64,000 nucleotides of DNA from Verrucomicrobiota bacterium (lineage in GTDB: Bacteria > Verrucomicrobiota > Verrucomicrobiia > Opitutales > Opitutaceae). The notes under the pieces were generated by a model, which was not told where the DNA came from, did no database searches, and worked only from the letters and a program-made list of their open reading frames with translations. Location of the stretch: the NCBI GenBank assembly GCA_018239675.1, contig JAFEGX010000069.1, positions 1,786 through 65,785 on the forward strand, in the 5' to 3' direction. This document shows, in pieces, positions 7,801 through 16,024 of the stretch (position 1 is its first letter; the number at the start of each line of letters is the position of its first letter). Made by a program: the position numbers and the translations under genes.

Positions 7801-9357
7801 ATGTTCCGCCGGCTTTGTCGGTACGGCTGGTCCGTGGCGGCCCTGCTCGTCATCGCCGGCTTCGGGCTCGCCGTCGCCCGGTTCCATCACCCGGTCTACG
7901 GTTTCACCACGCTGCTCCAGTTCGACGATTCCGACGAGGCCCATCTCCTTCCCGAGGTCCGCGAACATCCCGCGTTCATCAACCGCAACAACGGCGGCTA
8001 CGACGGCCTTTACTACGCGCAGATCGCCTGCCGGCCCACGCTGCGTGACCCGGCGCTGCCGCGCGCGATCGACAATCTCGGCTACCGCGCCCGGCGCATC
8101 CTCCCCAGCTGGACGGCCTGGGTGCTCGCGCTCGGCAACCCCGTCCGGGCGCTCGACACGTACGCGCTCCTCAATCCGCTGTGCTGGCTCGCGTTCGCCG
8201 CGATGCTCTGGCGGCTCTTCCCGCCGCGCTCCGGTCACGACTTCCTCGCCTGGTCCGGCCTCGTGCTCTCCGCCGGCGCGCTGTCGAGCGTCCATCTCGC
8301 CCTCGTGGACCTGCCGGCGCTGCTGCTGCTCACCGGGGCGATGATCGCGGTCCAGCGGGACCGACCACGCCGCGCGGTCGGCTGGCTCGCGGCCGCCGCG
8401 CTGGCCCGCGAGACCTCGCTGGTGGCCGTGCCGGTCTTGGCCCGCGGGCCGTGGCGGACCTTCCTCCTCCGCGCGGCCCTGGTCGCCGCGCCCCTCGCGG
8501 CCTGGCTGGTCTACATCCGCGTGGTCGTCGGTCCCGGCGACGGCGGCTGGAGCAATTTCGCCTGGCCGGGCCGGAGCTGGCTCGCGAAGTGGCAGGCGAC
8601 CCTCGCGGGTTTCTCGCTGCATCCGGAGCTGTCCGGACTCAATTGGTCCACGCTGCTCGCCCTGGTCGCCCTCACCGTGCAGGCCGCCTGGTTCATGGCG
8701 CGGCCGCAGTGGCGGAACCCCTGGTGGCGGCTCGGAGCCAGCTACACATTCCTGTTCCTCTTCCTCGGCGCCCCGGTCTGGCAGGGTTACCCCGGCGCGG
8801 CCGTCCGCGTGCTGCTGCCCCTGAATCTCGCGTTCAACGCCCTGGCTCCCCGCACCCGCGCGGGACTCGCCCTGCTTGTGCTCGGCAATCTCACGGTGCC
8901 CGCCGGGATCATCGAGATCACGAGCCTGCCCAACGACGGCGTCGAACTCGCCGCCGCCCGCGTTGATCCCGCCGCTGTCCTGGTCCAGACCCGGCACGGC
9001 TGGTATGGGGTCGAGCGCAACGCCGGCGAGGTCCGGGCTTGGAGCTCGGGCGACGCCGAGCTGGTGGTGAAGGCGCGGCCGGAGGGCACCACGCAGGCGC
9101 TTTCATTCCGCCTGCGGAGCATCACTCCCCGGCAGGTGACCGTGACCCAGGACGGCCGGCGGCTCTGGCAGGGAGCGGTGGGGGAGAAGTGGATCGACGT
9201 CACGCTCCGCTGCACCGACGGGGTGCTGTCTTTCCGGACCGACGTACCGCCGGCACGCGAATCGGCGGAGGCAACCTCCCGGTCGCTGGCCTTCTGCATC
9301 GACCGCGTGACGATCACGGCCATCGCCCGCGCCGTTGGCGAAAAACCCGGAAACTAG
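7801..9357 (+). CDS. Polytopic membrane protein, GT-C-like glycosyltransferase candidate, with a C-terminal soluble domain
   Basis: 518 aa with about 11 predicted TM segments. The first loop carries acidic residues ('FDDSDEAH', 'GGYDGLYYAQ'). The C-terminal ~130 aa ('GWYGVERNAGEVRAWSSGDAELVV..') resembles tails of ArnT/PMT-type GT-C enzymes. 18 nt downstream of the EF-hand gene. Confidence 0.65.
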   Translation: MFRRLCRYGWSVAALLVIAGFGLAVARFHHPVYGFTTLLQFDDSDEAHLLPEVREHPAFINRNNGGYDGLYYAQIACRPTLRDPALPRAIDNLGYRARRILPSWTAWVLALGNPVRALDTYALLNPLCWLAFAAMLWRLFPPRSGHDFLAWSGLVLSAGALSSVHLALVDLPALLLLTGAMIAVQRDRPRRAVGWLAAAALARETSLVAVPVLARGPWRTFLLRAALVAAPLAAWLVYIRVVVGPGDGGWSNFAWPGRSWLAKWQATLAGFSLHPELSGLNWSTLLALVALTVQAAWFMARPQWRNPWWRLGASYTFLFLFLGAPVWQGYPGAAVRVLLPLNLAFNALAPRTRAGLALLVLGNLTVPAGIIEITSLPNDGVELAAARVDPAAVLVQTRHGWYGVERNAGEVRAWSSGDAELVVKARPEGTTQALSFRLRSITPRQVTVTQDGRRLWQGAVGEKWIDVTLRCTDGVLSFRTDVPPARESAEATSRSLAFCIDRVTITAIARAVGEKPGN

Positions 9358-10073
9358 CGCGCCTCGTTCCACTCCGGCGCCGAGTATTGCTCGATCAGGC
9401 CGGAGACCTCGTCCTCGCTGAGGTCGGGCCATGGCGTGGCCTGCGCGGGACAGTTCAGCGCCGCCGCCAGGGCGGCGGTGAAATCGGCCTGGAAGCGTTC
9501 CCAGTCGATCGCCGCGCCCGCCGCCGGCCGCCAGATGGATCCCTGGAACAGCAGGCCGTGCTTGTTGCGCTTCTGGGCCGCGCCCGCGATCTTCTCGCCG
9601 CTGCTCCCATGCACCACGTCGTAGAGCTCGGCGCGCTGGAAGCACACGCCGCTGGGCCCGCAGCCGGCACCGTCGGGCGCGGGCTCGCAGGCCTGCTTGG
9701 TCGCCGCCGGCACTCCCTGCGCGCGCAGCGCCGCCGCGAGGCATTCGTGCACCTCGCGGTAGCTCTGGGCCGCACGCGCCTCCTCGAGCGGCAGGCCCCG
9801 CGGGATCACCAGGGCGTACGTCCAGTCGTCACGGTGATCCACGATACCCCCGCCGGTCGGCCGGCGGCACAGGTCCCAGCGCTCGCCGGCGGGCAGCGCG
9901 CCGCGGACAAACGCGATCTTCTGCGCGTAGCCGAACGTGAAGGCCGCGCCCGGCCACTCGTAGTGGCGGAAGCGCGGGACCTCCGGCCGCGGGTACCGCT
10001 GCAGCAGCAGGAAATCCAGCGCCATGTTTTCGGCGGCGCCGGCGCGGCGGACGGGGAGGATCTCGAGATTCAT
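9354..10073 (-). CDS. Lipoate/biotin protein ligase family protein (LplA/LipB-type catalytic domain)
   Basis: 'CRRPTGGGIVDHRDDWTYALVIP' resembles the RRxSGGGAVxHD motif of the BPL/LPL catalytic domain. 239 aa. Confidence 0.7.
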   Translation of the reverse strand: MNLEILPVRRAGAAENMALDFLLLQRYPRPEVPRFRHYEWPGAAFTFGYAQKIAFVRGALPAGERWDLCRRPTGGGIVDHRDDWTYALVIPRGLPLEEARAAQSYREVHECLAAALRAQGVPAATKQACEPAPDGAGCGPSGVCFQRAELYDVVHGSSGEKIAGAAQKRNKHGLLFQGSIWRPAAGAAIDWERFQADFTAALAAALNCPAQATPWPDLSEDEVSGLIEQYSAPEWNEAR

Positions 10074-10228
10074 GCGGCAGCCATTGAAGGCGCCCGGCCC
10101 CCGGAGGAAAGCCCGGAAACTCTCCAGCCGGGTTCAAGCCGCGGAAGCTCGAAGACCGCGCGATCCTCGTGGCCCGCCGGCTCCAGGGTCCGCCGCCGGA
10201 CCGGCCCCCTGCAACTCGGGCCCTCGGC

Positions 10229-11779
10229 TCAGGCGTCGAGCAGCTCGCGCACGGCCTTGAGCAGGTCGCTCAGCGCGTAGGGCTTCGGCAGGTGCGCCCA
10301 GCGGTTCTTCTTCATCCAGCCGAGCGCCACCGCGTTCTCGCGCGAGGTGGTCGACAGCACGCGCAGCGAGGGCATGGCGCGGTGCAGGGTGCGGGCCAGC
10401 GCGTCGTGCCGGCCGGTCAGGTTCGTGATGAGCAGCTTGGCCGGGCGCTTCAGCCGCCGCGCCTCGCGCAGGACCGCGTCGGACGTCTTCGCCGCCAGCA
10501 CCTGGTAGCCGTCGGCCGTCAGGATGCCCGTCACCATCTTCCGGACGACGTCATTCTCCTCGACCAAGATCACGGCCTCGTGTCCCCGGGTGGACGGCAG
10601 CGGGTCGATGCCGGAGCGGCGGTCGGCGGGACTCTCCGCCAGCCGCGTCTCGGGCAGCATGATCTCGAACGTCGAGCCCTTGCCGAGATCGCTCTTCACC
10701 GTGATGAAGCCGCCGCTCTGCTGGACCACGCCGTGGACGAGGGAGAGGCCGAGCCCGGTGCCCTTGCCCTCGGGCTTGGTGGTGAAGAACGGCTCGAAGA
10801 GCTTCTCCTGGGTGGAGGCGCTCATGCCGGTGCCGTTGTCCCGGACGCTGACGCAGACGTAGTCGCCCGGCTGGTTGTCGGTGAAGCGCCGGTTGTGGCC
10901 GCTCCGCACGTGCCGGCGGGAGGTTGTGATCACCACCCGGCCGTTCCGGCGCAGCGCGTCGCGGGCGTTGAGCGTGAGGTTGAGCAGGACCTGCTGGAAC
11001 TGCGCGGGGTCGATGCGGACCTGGCCGACGGCGGGATTCAGGTCGAGTTCCAGCCGGCCGTGGTGGTCGAGGAGGCGGGTGAGGATGTCCGCCTGGCTCC
11101 GGATGAACCGATTGGGGTTAACCACGCGGACCTTCAGCGGCTGGCGCCGGCCGAACGCGAGCAACTGCCGGGTGAGCGCGGCGGCCTTGCGGCCCGCCTG
11201 GTGGATCTCCTCCACCTCGCGCAGGATCTGCGGCTGGCCCGCGGCCTGACCCGCGAGGATCTGGCAGTAGCCGTTGATAACGGAGAGCAGGTTATTGAAA
11301 TCGTGCGCCACCCCGCCGGCGAGCCGGCCCACGGCATCCAGCCGCTGCGCGTGCATCAGCGCCTCCTGCAGGCGCCGCTTTTCGGTCGTGTCGCGGTAGG
11401 TGGCGACGACATGCGCGGCCCGCCCGCGCGCGGTGGGGATGACGCTGAAGCTCCACGCCGTGTGGAGCGTGCTGCCGTCCTTGCGCAGGAGGTGACCCTC
11501 GCCGCCCAGCGGGCGGCCGGGCTGGGCCAGCCGGCGCCAGCGCTTGATCTTGGCGATGTCGCCGCGGTCGGCGTGCAGCAGGCCCGGGCCGTGGCCCCGC
11601 AGCGCGGCGGCCGTCCGGCCGCACATGGCGCAGAGCGTCTCGTTCGCGAAGATGATCTCCAGGCCCTCGCCCCCGCGGATCTGGCGCGCGATCAGCACGC
11701 CCTCATCCTGCGCCCGCAGCGCCGCGGCCAGCAGCGCGTCGGACAAACCCGGGGCGGCGGGGCGCCAGGACGGCTTCAT
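10229..11779 (-). CDS. Hybrid sensor histidine kinase (PAS - HisKA - HATPase - degenerate receiver)
   Basis: H-box 'HDFNNLLSVINGY', N/G boxes 'LNLTLNARDA', 'DNGTGM' and 'GTGLGLS'. The C-terminal REC-like domain has 'LLITNL' where the phospho-acceptor Asp is expected (Asn codon at 10421-10423). Confidence 0.85.
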   Translation of the reverse strand: MKPSWRPAAPGLSDALLAAALRAQDEGVLIARQIRGGEGLEIIFANETLCAMCGRTAAALRGHGPGLLHADRGDIAKIKRWRRLAQPGRPLGGEGHLLRKDGSTLHTAWSFSVIPTARGRAAHVVATYRDTTEKRRLQEALMHAQRLDAVGRLAGGVAHDFNNLLSVINGYCQILAGQAAGQPQILREVEEIHQAGRKAAALTRQLLAFGRRQPLKVRVVNPNRFIRSQADILTRLLDHHGRLELDLNPAVGQVRIDPAQFQQVLLNLTLNARDALRRNGRVVITTSRRHVRSGHNRRFTDNQPGDYVCVSVRDNGTGMSASTQEKLFEPFFTTKPEGKGTGLGLSLVHGVVQQSGGFITVKSDLGKGSTFEIMLPETRLAESPADRRSGIDPLPSTRGHEAVILVEENDVVRKMVTGILTADGYQVLAAKTSDAVLREARRLKRPAKLLITNLTGRHDALARTLHRAMPSLRVLSTTSRENAVALGWMKKNRWAHLPKPYALSDLLKAVRELLDA

Positions 11780-12414
11780 GGCGCGAGGCGCTCGACCGTC
11801 CAGCCACCGTCGGCGGCGCGCCGGTAGCGCAGGCGGTCGTGCAGGCGGTTGCGCCGTCCCTGCCAGAATTCCACGGTCTCGGGGACCACGCGGAATCCGC
11901 CCCAGTACGGCGGCAGCGGCACGACCTGGCCGGCGTACTTGCGCTCCACGTCCTTCATCGCCTCCTCGAGCGCCTTGCGGTTCGGCACGATGCTGCTCTG
12001 CGCCGAGGCCCAGGCGGCCAGCTGGCTGGACAGCGGGCGGCTGTGGAAATACGCCTCCGATTCCTCGCGGGTCACCTTCGTCACCGTGCCCTCGACGATG
12101 ACCTGCCGCTCAAACGCGAACCACGGGAACACCAGCGAGGCCCGCGGGTTGGCGTCGAGCTCCCGGCCCTTGCGGCTCTCGTAGTTCGTGTAGAAGACGA
12201 ACCCCCGGCCATCGACGTTCTTGAGCAGCACCGTGCGCCCCGCCGGCCGGCCGTCGCGCGCCGCGGTCGAGAGGACCATGGCGTTGGGCTCCACCAGCTT
12301 CGAGGCCTCCGCCTCCTGGAACCATTTCTCGAACTGGCGGAACGGATCCCGGGCCAGATCCCGTTCCGTGAGCCCGGCCAGCGAGTATTCTTTTCTGAGG
12401 TCAGCCAGCGACAT
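11776..12414 (-). CDS. pdxH: Pyridoxamine 5'-phosphate oxidase
   Basis: 'LRKEYSLAGLTERDL..DPFRQFEKWFQEA', 'FYTNYESRKG' and 'EFWQGRRNRLHDRLRY' are classic PdxH motifs. Start set at the ATG at 12414 (MSLADLRKEY). The stop overlaps the kinase start by 4 nt. Confidence 0.9.
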   Translation of the reverse strand: MSLADLRKEYSLAGLTERDLARDPFRQFEKWFQEAEASKLVEPNAMVLSTAARDGRPAGRTVLLKNVDGRGFVFYTNYESRKGRELDANPRASLVFPWFAFERQVIVEGTVTKVTREESEAYFHSRPLSSQLAAWASAQSSIVPNRKALEEAMKDVERKYAGQVVPLPPYWGGFRVVPETVEFWQGRRNRLHDRLRYRRAADGGWTVERLAP

Positions 12415-12456
12415 GAGTGAGCGCAGCGTGGGCGGGGTGTTCCATCCTGTCAAAAA

Positions 12457-12948
12457 TCATCTGGTCAAGCCGCCGATCCAGGCCGCCGCCGCGGGGAACT
12501 CCCGCAGCAGCCGGCCGCGCTCGCCCAGCTCGAACTCCTCGTCGCGCCACGCGGGAGTCACCGTGCATCCGACCAGCGCCCAGCCGCGGGGCGCCGCGCC
12601 CGGCTGGAGCCGTGCGCCCTGCCAGCATCCGGAGGGCACCGCCACCTGCGGCTGCCGGCCCGCCGCGGGCACCGGCCCGAGGAGGGTCACCGTCCGTGCG
12701 CCGGAACGCGGATCAAGCATCACGTGCTCCACCGGATCCCCCGCGTGAAACTGCCACAGCTCCTCCGCCTGCAGCCGGTGCAGGGCGGAGCAATCATCCG
12801 CGGTCAGGAGTAACAGGATCGCCGAGCTGGCCGCCCGGCCCGGAGCAACCTGCGCGGCGCTCTCCCACACGCGGCGAAAATGGCCGCCCTCGCCGGGCAG
12901 CGGGGCCAGCCGGAGCTCGCGGATGATCTTGGCCGCCTCGGCGTTCAC
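12457..12948 (-). CDS. Cupin-fold protein (DUF985-like)
   Basis: Only the C-terminal 163 codons of track ORF 12457..13716 look coding ('LPGEGGHFRRVWES..', 'LWQFHAGDPV', 'VPSGCWQGARL'). GTG start at 12948. Confidence 0.65.
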   Translation of the reverse strand: MNAEAAKIIRELRLAPLPGEGGHFRRVWESAAQVAPGRAASSAILLLLTADDCSALHRLQAEELWQFHAGDPVEHVMLDPRSGARTVTLLGPVPAAGRQPQVAVPSGCWQGARLQPGAAPRGWALVGCTVTPAWRDEEFELGERGRLLREFPAAAAWIGGLTR

Positions 12949-13038
12949 GCGGGCAGGAAAGACCGGCCGCCCGCGGCTGTCGACGCTGCGCGGCGGTTCT
13001 GCGCTTCCGTTCCCCGGCAATTCCGCGATTCTCGCCCG

Positions 13039-13797
13039 GTGCATCTCGACCCGTGGCTCTATCCGCTGCTGTTCGCCGTCGGCCTGCTGGCCGGATGGGT
13101 GGACTCGATCGCGGGCGGCGGCGGCCTCGTGGCACTGCCGGTGCTGCTCAACCTCGGGCTGCCGGTCCCGCTCGCGCTCGGCACGAACAAGTTCCAGTCC
13201 ACGTGGGGCGCGCTGTCGGCGACGTGGCACTATATCCGCAGCGGCCTGGTCGACTTCCGGGAATGCCGGATCGGCATCGCCGCCACGCTCGGGGGCGCGG
13301 CGCTCGGCGCGCTGGCCGTGCAGCAGATCGACTCGCACCGGCTGGGTCTGGTGGTGCCATGGCTGCTCGCGGGCCTGCTCCTGTACACCGCTTTCCGGCC
13401 CAACGTCGGCGCCCAGGATCATCCGCCGCGGCTGGCCCCGCGCTGGTTCTATCTCGGGTTCGGCCTCGGCTTCGGCTTCTACGACGGGTTCTTCGGTCCC
13501 GGCGTCGGCTCGTTCTGGGCGCTCTCCCTGATCCTGCTGCTCGGCCAGAATTTCGCGCGGGCCACGGCCCACACCAAGGTGATGAACCTCACCAGCAACG
13601 TCGTCTCGCTCGCGCTCTTCGCCAGCGCCGGGCTCGTCCACTATGGTGCCGGCCTCGTGATGGGAATCGGCCAGGTCGTGGGGGCGCGGCTGGGCGCGCG
13701 GCGGGTCGTGAAGCACGGCGCCAAGTTCGTCCGGCCGGTGTTCCTGACGGTGGTCACGCTGATCCTGCTCCGTTTGATCTGGCTGAATTATCGTTAG
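13039..13797 (+). CDS. TSUP family (TauE/SafE, YfcA-like) anion exporter membrane protein
   Basis: 'GWVDSIAGGGGLVALPVLLNLGLPVPLALGTNKF' signature repeated in the C-half ('FYDGFFGPGVGSFW'). GTG start at 13039. Confidence 0.8.
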   Translation: MHLDPWLYPLLFAVGLLAGWVDSIAGGGGLVALPVLLNLGLPVPLALGTNKFQSTWGALSATWHYIRSGLVDFRECRIGIAATLGGAALGALAVQQIDSHRLGLVVPWLLAGLLLYTAFRPNVGAQDHPPRLAPRWFYLGFGLGFGFYDGFFGPGVGSFWALSLILLLGQNFARATAHTKVMNLTSNVVSLALFASAGLVHYGAGLVMGIGQVVGARLGARRVVKHGAKFVRPVFLTVVTLILLRLIWLNYR

Positions 13798-13899
13798 CTA
13801 AGCAGCTGTTCGGGGCTCGGTTATGCGTCTTTTTTGACGAGTCCCGACGCTTTTTGGGCTTTGGCTTGGGCGGGCCGAAGGGTAGGCTGGCTCATTCGC

Positions 13900-15141
13900 A
13901 TGTCGCCCGCCGCCTACCTTGATCGCCACGCCCCCGAACTGACCGCGATGCTCCAGCGCCTGGTGGGGATTCCCACGGTGAATCCGCCCGGCGAGAACTA
14001 TGACGCGGTCACCACGCTGCTGACGCGCGAGCTGCGCGCTTCCGGCTTGGCGACAAGGCGCTTCACGATCCCGCGCTCCCTCCATCGCCGCCATCTGCCG
14101 GCCGACCACCAGGCGTTTCCGCGCTACAACGTGCTCGGCAAGCTCGCGGCCCCGGGCGCAAGGAAGACCGTCCATTTCAACGCGCATTATGACGTCGTGC
14201 CGGTCTCCGGCACCTGGCGCCATGGCAGTCCGTTCAGCGGGGCGATCGAAGGAGGCTGGCTCTATGGCCGCGGCAGCTCCGACATGAAGGGTTCGATGGC
14301 CAGCTGCCTGATGGCGCTGCGGGCGCTGCGCGCGACCGGCGTCGCCCCGCGGATGAATGTCGAGGTCTCCTTCACCGCCGACGAGGAGACTGATTCGTTC
14401 CTCGGCGCCGGCTGGCTCGTGGAGCACGCCCCGATCAAGCCCGACTACGCGATCGTCATGGAAGGCGGCGAGGCTGGCACGGTCTGCTGCGGCCACAACG
14501 GCGTGGTCTGGCTCGAGATCACCGTCCACGGCCGCGCCGCGCACGGCTCGATGCCCGAGCGGGGCGTGAACGCCCTGGAAAAGATGTCCGCGCTCGTCCT
14601 CCTGCTGGGCGAGTATCAGCGGAAGCTCGAGCGCCGCACGTTTGTCACGCCCGAGGGGAAGGTCATGTACCCGACGCTCAATCTCGGCGGCACGTTCAGC
14701 TCGGGCGAGGGCGGCAAGATCAACACGGTCCCGGCGCTGGCCCGCTTTTCGATCGATCGCCGCGTCATCGCCATCGAGACCGTCGCCTCGGCCGAGCGCG
14801 AGCTGCGCGCGTTTCTCGCCGCCGCCGTGCGCCGGATCCCGGGACTCCGGATCACGATCGACAAGGTCTCCGACAACCACCCGTGCTACCACGCGCCAAA
14901 GCATCCGTTCTTCGCCGCGATGGCGCGGAGTGTCACGCGGGTGCGGCGGCAGCCGACGACGTTTAACGTCTCGACCGGCTTCAACGACATGCATTTCTTC
15001 GCCCACCACCGGAAGATCCCGACGCTCGGCTACGGCCCGGGCGGGCAGAACGAGCACGCCGTGGATGAGCGCGCCCGGGTGAAAGACTTGATCGCGACCG
15101 CGAAGATCTACGCGGACCTGCTCGCGTCGTTCGCCGGGTAG
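13900..15141 (+). CDS. M20 family metallopeptidase (ArgE/DapE-like deacylase)
   Basis: 'LVGIPTVNPPGENY', 'HFNAHYDVVP', 'GRGSSDMKG' and 'ADEETDS' metal-ligand motifs. Start at the ATG at 13900. Confidence 0.8.
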   Translation: MSPAAYLDRHAPELTAMLQRLVGIPTVNPPGENYDAVTTLLTRELRASGLATRRFTIPRSLHRRHLPADHQAFPRYNVLGKLAAPGARKTVHFNAHYDVVPVSGTWRHGSPFSGAIEGGWLYGRGSSDMKGSMASCLMALRALRATGVAPRMNVEVSFTADEETDSFLGAGWLVEHAPIKPDYAIVMEGGEAGTVCCGHNGVVWLEITVHGRAAHGSMPERGVNALEKMSALVLLLGEYQRKLERRTFVTPEGKVMYPTLNLGGTFSSGEGGKINTVPALARFSIDRRVIAIETVASAERELRAFLAAAVRRIPGLRITIDKVSDNHPCYHAPKHPFFAAMARSVTRVRRQPTTFNVSTGFNDMHFFAHHRKIPTLGYGPGGQNEHAVDERARVKDLIATAKIYADLLASFAG

Positions 15142-15185
15142 GGCCGTCGCGCCCTGCGACCCGGGTCCGTGGACGTGGGTGGTCG

Positions 15186-15202
15186 CCTTTCAACCTTCAA
15201 CC
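15186..15202. repeat. GTTGAAAG/CTTTCAAC-word fragment (family C)
   Basis: CCTTTCAACCTTCAACC lies between the convergent M20 and MarC genes. The same words occur at 24722-24854 and 30162-30246. Confidence 0.5.
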
Positions 15203-15214
15203 ACGGGATTTGTC

Positions 15215-15796
15215 TCAGGCCCAGAAGCCGTGCCGGATCATGTTCACCGCAATCGCGGCCAGCAGGAGCGAGACAATCTTGGAAATCGCCCGCAGCCCGG
15301 TCGGGCCGATCTTGGACGCGAGCCAGTCGCTGTAGTGGAACGCCAGCACGACCACGACAAGGTTCACCACCAGGGCCAGGAGGGTCACGAGCCAGCCCTG
15401 GGTCTGGGCCAGCAGCAGCAGGGTGGTGATCGACGCCGGACCGGCGATCAGCGGCATGCCGAGCGGCACCACGCCGATGTCGTCGACGAGCTTCGTCGGC
15501 TCCTCCGCCGCCGAGTGGATCAGGTCGCGCGCCGCGAGGATGAACAGGATGAGGCCACCCGCGATCTGGAAGTCGCCGACCGTGATGCCCAGCGCCGCAA
15601 AGATCGTCTGGCCAAGGAACAGGAAGCCCAGCGCGACCAGCCCGCCGGTCCAGGCCGCCTGCCGGGCGATGGACTGCCGCCGTTCAAGCGGCACCCCGGC
15701 GCTCATCGCCAGGAACACCGCCGCCAGCCCGATCGGGTCGATCGCGACAAAAAGCGGGATGAACGCCTTCACGAAACTCGAGAGAAACGCCAGCAT
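15215..15796 (-). CDS. MarC family (UPF0056) integral membrane protein
   Basis: The C-terminal 193 codons of track ORF 15215..18082 ('FIPLFVAIDPIG', 'VVPLGMPLIAGPASI') are coding-like. The rest of that 955-aa ORF is antisense to two real genes. Confidence 0.8.
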   Translation of the reverse strand: MLAFLSSFVKAFIPLFVAIDPIGLAAVFLAMSAGVPLERRQSIARQAAWTGGLVALGFLFLGQTIFAALGITVGDFQIAGGLILFILAARDLIHSAAEEPTKLVDDIGVVPLGMPLIAGPASITTLLLLAQTQGWLVTLLALVVNLVVVVLAFHYSDWLASKIGPTGLRAISKIVSLLLAAIAVNMIRHGFWA

Positions 15797-15869
15797 GCCG
15801 CCATCCTCCCCCGCCACCGTCCCCGGCGCAAGCCCCGCGCGGCTGGGGGTTGATGGTGAATTCGCCGCG

Positions 15870-15950
15870 AATTCCGTGGTCAAAAGAAACGACCTGTCCT
15901 CCCGCGAAAGCCCCCGGCCATTCCGTGTCTTCCGTGTGTTCCGTGGGCCC
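15870..15950. repeat. CCGTG-word element (family A, short form)
   Basis: Direct words TTCCGTGG (15872), TTCCGTGT, CTTCCGTGT and GTTCCGTGGGCC (15921-15950). Divergent promoter region between the MarC and GH88-like genes. Confidence 0.65.
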
Positions 15951-16024
15951 TCACGCGGGAGCACCTGCCGCACTCCGCCATTGCCTCGCTTCGGGCGGCG
16001 CGGCAACTTCGGCCGGAATTTCCC

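Noticed and set aside
5611-8997. 1128-aa minus-strand ORF spanning the EF-hand and GT-C-like genes. Similar giants occur at 49523..53245 (1240 aa, antisense to pyc), 1430..3355, 60736..63537, 43840..44889, 28636..30327 and 25916..27295.
   Set aside because: These are antisense to genes with clear family motifs. Their translations are Arg/Gly/Ala/Pro-rich low-complexity sequence, typical of stop-codon-poor high-GC DNA. They have no recognisable domains.
9354-9357. Convergent genes share a palindromic CTAG, so both stop codons overlap. The same occurs at 54545-54548.
   Set aside because: This is real in the sequence, but it is a trivial consequence of TAG being half of the CTAG palindrome in compact genomes. 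I saw no further structure, so I do not consider it a finding on its own.
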